A stretch of 24,000 bases of DNA from Candidatus Lokiarchaeum ossiferum (lineage in GTDB: Archaea > Asgardarchaeota > Lokiarchaeia > Sigyniarchaeales > Promethearchaeaceae), in the NCBI GenBank assembly GCA_025839675.1, contig CP104013.1:1827553-1851552 (forward strand), read 5' to 3'. The notes beneath the pieces are model-generated. The model worked only from the letters and a program-made list of their open reading frames with translations, was not told the origin of the DNA and did not search any database. A program made the translations under genes and the position numbers. Below are positions 6,079-13,760 of this stretch, piece by piece; the stretch's first letter is position 1, and every line of letters begins with the position of its first letter.

Positions 6079-8763
6079 TTATAGTTTACCTTGTTCATCT
6101 AAAATTGCTGCATGAGCAGCTGCAACTCTAGCAACAGGTACTCGGAAAGGACTACAACTAACGTAGTTTAAACCATATTTGTGATATAACAAAATTGAAT
6201 CGGGATCTCCACCAGTTTCACCACAAACACCCACCTTCAAATTAGGTCGGGTAGATCGGCCATCTTTTACGGAAATAGCAACCAATTTTCCGACTCCATT
6301 AGGATCTAAGTGTTCGAAAGGATTGTCTTTCATAATTGGTGGCTCAATTTCATCGATATATTTCATCAAAAATTTGCTTTCAACGTCATCACGGCTAAAT
6401 CCGTAAGTCATTTGAGTGAGATCGTTTGTTCCAAAGGAGAAGAATTCAGCGTGCTTTGCAATTTCATTAGATGTTAAAGCCGCTCGAGGAATTTCAATCA
6501 TAGTTCCCCATTTAATCGTATTCTTTGGAGTGAAGTTTGCGCTTGCCATAATTTCAGATGCAAGTGGTTTCAAAATTGAGACTAAACGAGTGAATTCATT
6601 GACATGAGAGACTAATGGTAACATTATTTCTAAATGAACATCAATTCCATCGTTTTGAGATTCAATCAGAGCTTCAATTAGAGCACGAGCTTGCATTTTA
6701 TAAATTTCAGGGTTGGTATTACCTAAACGAACCCCACGATGTCCAAGCATAGCATTTTCTTCTTTTAACTCTTCATATTTCCGAATCATGAATTCCAATT
6801 CCTTGAAACGATCGCCATGATCTCCTTTTACTCGTAATTCGGTAAACTCAATCAACATTGTTTTATAATCAGGTAAAAATTCATGCAATGGAGGATCTAA
6901 TAATCGCACAGTGACTGGCTTCCCGTTCATAGTTTTGAAAATTCCCTTAAAGTCACCTTTCTGGAGGGGTAAGAGAACATTTAAAGCCTTTTCACGTTCT
7001 TCTAAGGATTCGGCAACAATCATATCGACAACTTTAGGTAAGCGCTCTTCAGCATTGAACATTCGCTCAGTTCGACAGAGTCCGATACCTTCAGCACCAT
7101 TTTTAATAGCATCGCTAGCCATTTGTGGAGTATCTGCATTCGTTCGTACACCTAATTTACGGTATTTATCACATAATTCTAAATAACGTTGGAATTCGGC
7201 AGTTATTTCAGGATCAACAACATCAACTTCTCCAACATAAACATTACCAGCCAATCCGTCGATGGATATAATCGAACCTTCTTTGAAAACCACTTCACCA
7301 CTAACTTTGGCAATACCAGCTTCTTCATCAATTTCCAAATCACCCGCTCCAACAATTGCAGGTAATCCAATCCCACGAGCAACCACTGCAGCATGACAGG
7401 TTTTTCCACCACGAGAAGTTAAAATTCCTATGGAAGCAATCATACCGGGGAAATCTTCAGGTTTGGTTTCTTTACGAACTAAAATAACTTTTTCTCCTGC
7501 CTTTTTCATCTCAATTGCTCTACCACAATCAAATACAGCCTTTCCAAATACTGCGCCAGGGGAAGCATTGAATCCTTTTACAATAGGAGATTTACGTTCA
7601 GTAGGAGAAATACGTTTATGCAATAATTCTTCAATTTTTTCAGGGGCCACTCGGAGAACTGCGGTTTTTTCATCGATATATTGTTCATCCATCATATCAA
7701 TGGCAATTTTCACTGCAGCACTTGCGGTTCGTTTGCCCACTCGAGTTTGCAAGAAGAAGAGTTTTTTATTTTCAACCGTAAATTCACAATCTTGCATATC
7801 CTTATAATGATCTTCTAATTTATTAGCCAATCCAAAAATTTCTTCAACAATCTCAGGTCTTTCTTTTTGTAAATCATCCATACTCATTGGAGTACGAACC
7901 CCTGCAACAACATCTTCACCTTGAGCGTTTATTAAAAATTCACCCATAATTTTCTTTTCTCCATCCATTGGAGATCGGGTGAACAAGACACCTGTTCCAG
8001 AATCATCATTTAAATTTCCAAAAACCATTCTCATAACATTAACTGCAGTCCCATAGTTTGGAATTTTATTCATTTTCCGGTAGGCTACCGCACGTTCACT
8101 ATCCCATGAAACAAACACAGCATTAATTGCACCAAAAAGTTGAACCCATGGATCTTCTGGAAATTCTGTACTTAATAATTTTTTATATTCAATTAAATAT
8201 AAATCGCCTAATTCTTTCATTTCTGCAGCGCTTAATTCGATATCAAGTTTCTTACCTTTCTTTTCTTTATAATCTTCCATGATTTCATCATAAGGTTCTC
8301 GACCCGTCTCTTTTACGATATCAGAATAAGACATAATAAATCGGCGCCAAGAATCCCAAGCGAAACGTTCATTGGATTCAGCCATTTTTTCTGCAATTGC
8401 TTTGGACATTCCTAAGTTTAATACAGTATCCATCATTCCAGGCATGGAAACGGGTGCCCCAGATCGAACAGATAATAGTAAAGGTTTGTTAATATCACCA
8501 AAGACATACCCACTTTTCTTTTCAAGTTTCGCTATACTCTCTTTTACTTGATCTTTTAAAGCACTTGGCATCTCGTGATGCTCTGCATAGTGTAAACTAT
8601 GTTTGCAAGGAATTACAAAACCATATGGAATTGGAAGCCCTAAAGAGGTCATATTTGCTAATCCGGCACCTTTTCCGCCGAAAAATTCTTTCAATTCGGA
8701 AGTAGTCTTGAATTTGGATGGATCTACTTCATCGAACATGTATACAATTCTTTCTTCTGACAT
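6079..8763 (-). CDS. ppdK: Pyruvate, phosphate dikinase
   Basis: About 894 aa from the ATG at 8763 (MSEERIVYMFDE...GGKGAGLANM); the track start at 8793 is TTG. ATP-grasp N-domain, phosphohistidine swivel motif GGKTCHAAVVARGIGLP, and a C-terminal PEP/pyruvate domain (GLCRTERMF, FFSFGTNDLTQ, VGVCGE). Confidence 0.95.
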   Translation of the reverse strand: MSEERIVYMFDEVDPSKFKTTSELKEFFGGKGAGLANMTSLGLPIPYGFVIPCKHSLHYAEHHEMPSALKDQVKESIAKLEKKSGYVFGDINKPLLLSVRSGAPVSMPGMMDTVLNLGMSKAIAEKMAESNERFAWDSWRRFIMSYSDIVKETGREPYDEIMEDYKEKKGKKLDIELSAAEMKELGDLYLIEYKKLLSTEFPEDPWVQLFGAINAVFVSWDSERAVAYRKMNKIPNYGTAVNVMRMVFGNLNDDSGTGVLFTRSPMDGEKKIMGEFLINAQGEDVVAGVRTPMSMDDLQKERPEIVEEIFGLANKLEDHYKDMQDCEFTVENKKLFFLQTRVGKRTASAAVKIAIDMMDEQYIDEKTAVLRVAPEKIEELLHKRISPTERKSPIVKGFNASPGAVFGKAVFDCGRAIEMKKAGEKVILVRKETKPEDFPGMIASIGILTSRGGKTCHAAVVARGIGLPAIVGAGDLEIDEEAGIAKVSGEVVFKEGSIISIDGLAGNVYVGEVDVVDPEITAEFQRYLELCDKYRKLGVRTNADTPQMASDAIKNGAEGIGLCRTERMFNAEERLPKVVDMIVAESLEEREKALNVLLPLQKGDFKGIFKTMNGKPVTVRLLDPPLHEFLPDYKTMLIEFTELRVKGDHGDRFKELEFMIRKYEELKEENAMLGHRGVRLGNTNPEIYKMQARALIEALIESQNDGIDVHLEIMLPLVSHVNEFTRLVSILKPLASEIMASANFTPKNTIKWGTMIEIPRAALTSNEIAKHAEFFSFGTNDLTQMTYGFSRDDVESKFLMKYIDEIEPPIMKDNPFEHLDPNGVGKLVAISVKDGRSTRPNLKVGVCGETGGDPDSILLYHKYGLNYVSCSPFRVPVARVAAAHAAILDEQGKL

Positions 8764-9042
8764 ATTGATATCATCTAATTTTGTGAGTCTCAAACTAAAA
8801 AAAAACGCTTCTAGCTGAGATATTCTGAGTTTTTAAAAGGAAGGAAAAGATTAAAGATTTACGATTTAGAATAAGCCAATGTTGATTTCCAACATTTCTT
8901 TTCAAAAAGAGATCATATTTTTGCATATAGTAGTTGTAGGACTACGATTTTGAACATAATTTATCATTTTTTTTCTTAATAAACACCTTCCTTATTTCAG
9001 TTGAAATGACCTTAATTCGAGTTTACTAAATCATAAAGGTCG

Positions 9043-9050
9043 TTTATAAT
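9043..9050 (+). promoter_or_regulatory. TATA-box-like TTTATAAT about 30 nt upstream of the GTG at 9077
   Basis: The spacing fits an archaeal TATA centred near -26/-27 and a leaderless or near-leaderless mRNA. The same spacing is seen at 11332-11339 and 17130-17138. Confidence 0.35.
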
Positions 9051-9076
9051 AAATATATTAACTCTCATTATACCTT

Positions 9077-9790
9077 GTGGTATCTTCATTTCAAAAAACT
9101 TTGACAAATGAAGTAATTAGGAAAGAAATAAAAAAAAAAAAGATAAAAAACAGTAACTTAAAGGAAAAATCTAAAATTAGAATCCCAAATTTTGCAACAA
9201 AGTTAAACAGAAAATTGGATTTTTATGATCCCATCTTAAAATTGAAAAAACAAGTCGATTCTGGAATAATGATTCAAAATAAAGAAACAATTTTGATAAA
9301 ATCAATATTAGACCAAAAAAAAGAAGTCGCTAGTCTTAAAGATGAAATCAAAAAATTGCAACAAAAAAACAAGGAAGATAATGAATTTCTTAAAGAATTA
9401 TTGTTGAAGGCATTAGAAGTACCTAAAATCCCTCAAATGATACCCATGAATTATTCTCAATTTATACCTCCTATAAATGCCAATCCATCTTATTCCACAA
9501 CACAATCTTCATTTTCACCTCCACCGCCACCACCAAGTAAACAAAGTAAACCCCCACAAAGCTATCAAGCACCAAATACTGGAAATCTAAAAAAGGATTA
9601 TATTCAAGAAATCCAACAAATTTTTACAGGAGATATTTTAAAACCGTCTCAAATAGTTCAAACAACCAAACCCAGACATTTAGAGCATGAAGTTGAAGAA
9701 ATAAGTGACAATTTTGAAATTCCACCGATTGATATCATTTCAACAGCCAAAAATTTTATTTCTTCCTCAGAAAATATGATCCAAGCTTGA
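9077..9790 (+). CDS. Hypothetical coiled-coil / proline-rich protein
   Basis: 237-aa ORF with GTG start. Lys-rich N-terminus, heptad-like coiled-coil region (KKEVASLKDEIKKLQQKNKEDNEFLKELLLKALE), a PPPPPP tract (9518-9535), a WH2-like short motif and an acidic C-terminal segment. Same strand as the GTPase gene, 57 nt upstream of it. Confidence 0.55.
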   Translation: MVSSFQKTLTNEVIRKEIKKKKIKNSNLKEKSKIRIPNFATKLNRKLDFYDPILKLKKQVDSGIMIQNKETILIKSILDQKKEVASLKDEIKKLQQKNKEDNEFLKELLLKALEVPKIPQMIPMNYSQFIPPINANPSYSTTQSSFSPPPPPPSKQSKPPQSYQAPNTGNLKKDYIQEIQQIFTGDILKPSQIVQTTKPRHLEHEVEEISDNFEIPPIDIISTAKNFISSSENMIQA

Positions 9791-9847
9791 AGAATCCAAA
9801 AAAGTATTTTTTTCGGATTTTTTTAATCCTGCCCTAAAGAACTAATT

Positions 9848-10429
9848 ATGTATAAAAAAATTTGTAAAATTGTCATCGCAGGTGATGGTGGAACAGGAAA
9901 AACAACCTTGATCAATTCAATGAAAACAAATTGTTTTTCTTACGCATCAAAAATTACGATTGGAGTCGATTTTGCATGTTTTCCAGTTCAAATTAAATCT
10001 TCTCCCGACCAAGAAATTACTTTTCTTATTTATGATCTTGGGGGTCAAAAACGTTTTCATTTCATGCATTCTTCCTACATTATCGGATCAAAAGCCGCAA
10101 TAATTCTTTATGATTTAAATCGACCAAAAACTTTTGAAAATCTGGAGTATTGGATTACTATTTTGCAAAAGGAAAATCCCTACATGCCCATCCTCATAGG
10201 AGGTGCTAAAAAGGACTTAACTCAGCCAACAGACATAAAGTATTATCGAAAAAAATGGCAGATATTATTTCAACAAATAGAAAATTCACAATATATCATT
10301 GATCACATAGTAATTTCTTCCAAGACTCGAGAAGGAATTGAAAACATTTTTCAAAAAATTGGTCAAGCAGTTCTTCAACCAGAAATTATTTTAAAACAAC
10401 ATAATTACGCCAAATTTAAAAATATTTAG
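9848..10429 (+). CDS. Ras-superfamily small GTPase, Rab-like
   Basis: 193 aa. G1 GDGGTGKT; switch I/G2 ITIGVDF (matches the RabF1-type IGVDF motif); G3 DLGGQ; G4 variant GAKKD (canonical NKxD); G5 SSK. No C-terminal Cys prenylation motif. Confidence 0.9.
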   Translation: MYKKICKIVIAGDGGTGKTTLINSMKTNCFSYASKITIGVDFACFPVQIKSSPDQEITFLIYDLGGQKRFHFMHSSYIIGSKAAIILYDLNRPKTFENLEYWITILQKENPYMPILIGGAKKDLTQPTDIKYYRKKWQILFQQIENSQYIIDHIVISSKTREGIENIFQKIGQAVLQPEIILKQHNYAKFKNI

Positions 10430-11064
10430 ACATCTGCTATGATTTTTTTCTGTAATAAAGATTTCAGATACATCTCTTGAATATTTTCAGAATATTGATA
10501 CCATTTTTCGGAATTTTCCTTTAAAATTAATTTAATCAAATTCACCTGTTCAAAATTATAGTCTTTCAATATAAATTTGTATTTTTCTATTAATTTTTCT
10601 ATTTCATCGGAGATATTTTTGTGATCAATGAGATTTTGATTTTTTTTTTTCGTTTGTTTAAAAAATCGTATGTACTTGTAAAGCGAAAGGCTGAAAGCAA
10701 CACCAATATTTGGGAAAACAATAAGATTATAAAAATTTTCGAGTCTAAAGATGATAACAAAGGTAAGATGCACAAAAAGACAAAATAGCTGAATAATAAC
10801 TGAAAAGAACTTATTATCACTCTTTGAATCTTTTTGAACATAACAAAATAAGGATATATATACTGAAAATGTCCCAATTTCATACAATTCTATATTATCT
10901 ACCAAAATTAGTCCAACTAATGGAAACATTGAGAAAATCAGAAAAAGATATAATATTCGATTAGTTTTTGTATTATTTTGCCTCGTTCTTGTGAAAATCA
11001 AGACCCAGAAAAAAAAGAAGATTGAATAAATACTGGTAAACAAAATAGTTTCGAGCAGATTCAT
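10426..11064 (-). CDS. Hypothetical membrane protein (about 4 TM helices plus a ~75-aa soluble C-terminal domain)
   Basis: 212-aa ORF with ATG start and hydrophobic segments throughout the N-terminal 130 aa. Its stop codon overlaps the GTPase stop (TTAG at 10426-10429). No family recognised. Confidence 0.55.
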   Translation of the reverse strand: MNLLETILFTSIYSIFFFFWVLIFTRTRQNNTKTNRILYLFLIFSMFPLVGLILVDNIELYEIGTFSVYISLFCYVQKDSKSDNKFFSVIIQLFCLFVHLTFVIIFRLENFYNLIVFPNIGVAFSLSLYKYIRFFKQTKKKNQNLIDHKNISDEIEKLIEKYKFILKDYNFEQVNLIKLILKENSEKWYQYSENIQEMYLKSLLQKKIIADV

Positions 11065-11134
11065 TCGTTATTATATTCAAGTTCCACTATACATAAATAA
11101 TTTTGCGGATCAATGAAATAAAGGAGTTAATAAG

Positions 11135-11208
11135 TAGGCCCGGGGGGATTTGAACCCTCGAAAACTGGGTTCGCAACCCAGCGCCCTTCCAGGCTAGACA
11201 ACGGGCCT
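11135..11208 (-). tRNA. tRNA-Arg (anticodon GCG)
   Basis: 74-nt cloverleaf folded by hand from the reverse complement AGGCCCGUUGUCUAGCCUGGAAGGGCGCUGGGUUGCGAACCCAGUUUUCGAGGGUUCAAAUCCCCCCGGGCCUA. It has a 7-bp acceptor stem (A1:U72), a 4-bp D stem, a 5-bp anticodon stem with loop UUGCGAA, T-loop UUCAAAU and one A:C mismatch in the T stem. No intron and no encoded CCA. Confidence 0.87.
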
Positions 11209-11331
11209 TTCCTTAGAAAGTGAAAAAAACAAATCCGACTAAATTCAATATCGAAATCTTTTTCCTTCCAATCAAATGAATTTCTAATGGATAAAAAATT
11301 TTTCGGCTCGAATGAACATATCAAAGATCAT

Positions 11332-11339
11332 CTTAAATA
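11332..11339 (+). promoter_or_regulatory. TATA-box-like CTTAAATA about 29 nt upstream of the GTG at 11365
   Basis: Spacing consistent with a leaderless transcript for the RING-H2 gene. Confidence 0.35.
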
Positions 11340-11364
11340 GAACTTCTTATCCACATACTAGATA

Positions 11365-12102
11365 GTGGAATCCAATAACAATAATATTTTGCCCTCATCA
11401 GTTGGAAAATCATCGAGCACTTCGTGTATGATCTGCCACATGCCCATTGAACTGACAAATTTTGGTATGGGAGAAAATATTTTAGAGCAAAATTACGTTG
11501 GATGTCCTAATGCTCATTTAGTTCATCGAGAATGTTTAAAACGATGGATTATTCATAGTCAAAACTGCCCAGTTTGTCATGAAAAGTATGATATTAAAAT
11601 CATTCAAATTTTTGAAGAGTATGTTGCCCAAAAAGAAGCAGATAAGGAAAGATCAAAGCAACAAAAACAAGATTCACAACGAAAAACACTCGATCAACCA
11701 GAACAGATCGATCCAGAATTTGAAGAAAAGTTTAATCGTGCAGAAAATTTAGCCAAACAGCAAAACTTTGAAGCGGCAATGAATATTTATTGGGATATCT
11801 TGGAACAGAATAAATATCCAAAAGATGATGGAAAAACTCTCCGGGTTGTTTTACACTTGGGATTAGCTTATTATAAAATGGGCAAATATGCTCAATGTAT
11901 TCGCCAATTAATGAAAATAATAAAAATTGATTATAATTATCCATTGGTATTTTACTTCCTAGGCTTAACTTATGAACAACTGGAAATGGCTGATAAAACA
12001 AAATGGGCAATGGAGAGAGCAAAAATTAATGCTGAAAAACTGTCCAGTAAAAATGATAAATACACCAAATATTTGGCTGATATTAAAAAAAGGTTAAAAT
12101 AA
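11365..12102 (+). CDS. RING-H2 zinc-finger protein with C-terminal TPR-like repeats (putative E3 ubiquitin-ligase-like)
   Basis: 245 aa with GTG start; the first ATG would delete the first Cys. Signature C21-x2-C24-x22-C47-x3-H51-x2-H54-x2-C57-x10-C68-x2-C71, with the typical HLVHRECLKRW....CPVCH context. The C-terminal ~110 aa show TPR-like helical repeats (AAMNIYWDIL, LGLAYYKMGKYAQCI, FYFLGLTYEQLEM). Confidence 0.8.
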   Translation: MESNNNNILPSSVGKSSSTSCMICHMPIELTNFGMGENILEQNYVGCPNAHLVHRECLKRWIIHSQNCPVCHEKYDIKIIQIFEEYVAQKEADKERSKQQKQDSQRKTLDQPEQIDPEFEEKFNRAENLAKQQNFEAAMNIYWDILEQNKYPKDDGKTLRVVLHLGLAYYKMGKYAQCIRQLMKIIKIDYNYPLVFYFLGLTYEQLEMADKTKWAMERAKINAEKLSSKNDKYTKYLADIKKRLK

Positions 12103-12150
12103 ATATTGTAATTACAAAAAAAAATGAAATTAATTCTTTTTATTTATTTC

Positions 12151-12558
12151 TTATTCATTTCCAACGAAGGCACCAATGAAAGCTAATAGTCCCCCGACAA
12201 AGGATCCCATAAGTCCATAACCTACATGACCGGAAGAACCCCAGAAAAATCCAAAATCACCAGCATCCAAGTAAAGAGTTACTAAAAAGAAAATAACACC
12301 AGCTAGAATTAAGAATCCACCTATAGCGCATGTGGCTTTTTTTGGAATAAAACATAAAATTCCTCCGAGAACAACTAAAACGCCTGGAATTAAACCAAGA
12401 ATATCCAATGGAGAGGGAATAATTGTTCCAGCACTACCACCAATTGACGAAGTAAAAGTAGTACCGACATTATACCATCCAAGGAGACCTAGGAATAGGC
12501 TTCCAATAGCTCCAGCAAGGGCGAGTAAACCTCCCAATAACGAAAGTATCTTTGCCAT
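12151..12558 (-). CDS. Small Gly-rich integral membrane protein (about 4 TM helices)
   Basis: The ATG at 12558 (MAKILSLLGGLLALAG) is preferred over the upstream track start. Same strand as the thiamine importer genes and downstream of them. No family recognised. Confidence 0.55.
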   Translation of the reverse strand: MAKILSLLGGLLALAGAIGSLFLGLLGWYNVGTTFTSSIGGSAGTIIPSPLDILGLIPGVLVVLGGILCFIPKKATCAIGGFLILAGVIFFLVTLYLDAGDFGFFWGSSGHVGYGLMGSFVGGLLAFIGAFVGNE

Positions 12559-12664
12559 GTTTTCTAATATAAAGATTGACAAATAAAAAGCTTTAGGCAC
12601 CCGACAATTTTTTAGTCTGCATTCAAGCTTTATTTTAAAAACTTACCCGATTGATGCATAATTA

Positions 12665-13756
12665 TTATAAAAAGATAATGTCGGTGATTAAAATTGACAC
12701 GTTTATTTTCTGATCTATGGAAAATGAATCCATTTTATCAGAAGAAGGACAGAAAATTTTTAAATAGAATGGTTTTGGCTCAAAAATTTCAACGATGAGA
12801 TTAATTGACTCATTTGATCCAAATTGAAGAGATGTAATCTTCCCTTGGTGTTGAAATGATAAAGAGGATGGTATATCTGAGGATGGAGCATCAAATCCGA
12901 TCTGGTGAATATGTAATAAGTGAGGAGGAAGCTGAATTCCAGTAATGGTGGAAGGAATAGGTATGGAAAATTCAATAGAACCTATGTCTGTGAAAATTTT
13001 AGAGATGTTCTCTAAAGTAGTGAAGGATGATACAGAAAATAAATTATCTAAACCCAAAATTTTCCCGATTACATAGTTTTTTGGATATTTTCTCAGCGAT
13101 AAATAATCATCCACTTGTTGAATAGTTCCTCCATGAATAATCCCAATTTGATCAGCAATTAAACGAGCTTCTTCTTGGCTGTGGGTAACGTATAAAATGG
13201 TAGTTTTGGTAGTTCTCTGAACGCGTTGAATCATCAATGCTAAAGATTCACGATTAGAAGCATCGATACTGGATAAGGGTTCATCAAGTAACAAAATTTT
13301 TGGGGATACAACAAGGGCTCGCGCTAAAGCAACGCGTTGCTTCTGTCCTCCGCTTATCTCATGAGGATATCTGTTCAATATAGACTCAATTTGAGTAAGG
13401 TTGACAACATTGGAGATTAATTCAGGGATAACTTTTTTTGAAAATTTTTGAGCTAATAATCCAAATTCAATATTTTTCTTAATTGACATATGAGGAAAGA
13501 GCACTTGAGATTGAGGTACATATCCAATTTTCCGCTGTTGAGGATTTAAACTCGTTATATCTACATCATCAACGAAAATCCTTCCCTTTTCAGGTTCAAT
13601 TATCCCACATATAATCTTCAGCAAAGTTGTTTTTCCACAGCCAGATTCCCCCAATAGAACTAAAATCTGTCCATTTTCTACAATAAGATCTAAATGATCT
13701 AGGATAAATTTATCATTGTATTTCATTTTTATATTTCTAAGTTCTAATTTTGCCAT
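12665..13756 (-). CDS. thiQ: ABC transporter ATP-binding protein, ThiQ/PotA/FbpC type, with a C-terminal regulatory-type extension
   Basis: Walker A GESGCGKTT, Q-loop, signature SGGQKQRVALARAL, Walker B LLLDEPLSSID, H-loop VTHSQ. The ATG at 13756 (MAKLELRNIKM) lies 4 nt after the permease stop. Operon position is downstream of the riboswitch. Confidence 0.88.
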   Translation of the reverse strand: MAKLELRNIKMKYNDKFILDHLDLIVENGQILVLLGESGCGKTTLLKIICGIIEPEKGRIFVDDVDITSLNPQQRKIGYVPQSQVLFPHMSIKKNIEFGLLAQKFSKKVIPELISNVVNLTQIESILNRYPHEISGGQKQRVALARALVVSPKILLLDEPLSSIDASNRESLALMIQRVQRTTKTTILYVTHSQEEARLIADQIGIIHGGTIQQVDDYLSLRKYPKNYVIGKILGLDNLFSVSSFTTLENISKIFTDIGSIEFSIPIPSTITGIQLPPHLLHIHQIGFDAPSSDIPSSLSFQHQGKITSLQFGSNESINLIVEIFEPKPFYLKIFCPSSDKMDSFSIDQKINVSILITDIIFL

Positions 13757-13760
13757 AAGT

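Noticed and set aside
7430-7807. 125-aa plus-strand ORF antisense to ppdK, plus 6416-6607, 6911-7186, 7203-7412 and 8603-8818
   Set aside because: These are shadow ORFs or alternative frames of a highly conserved 900-aa enzyme gene, with no independent start context or motifs.
11127-11324. 65-aa minus-strand ORF
   Set aside because: It overlaps the tRNA-Arg gene (11135-11208) and is an artefact of the GC-rich tRNA lacking stop codons.
12106-12117. Perfect 12-bp palindrome TTGTAATTACAA between convergent genes, as a bidirectional terminator
   Set aside because: It is all A/T apart from one G:C pair per arm, and the flanking T-runs are not positioned 3' of the stem on either strand. This is probably compositional chance in an AT-rich spacer.
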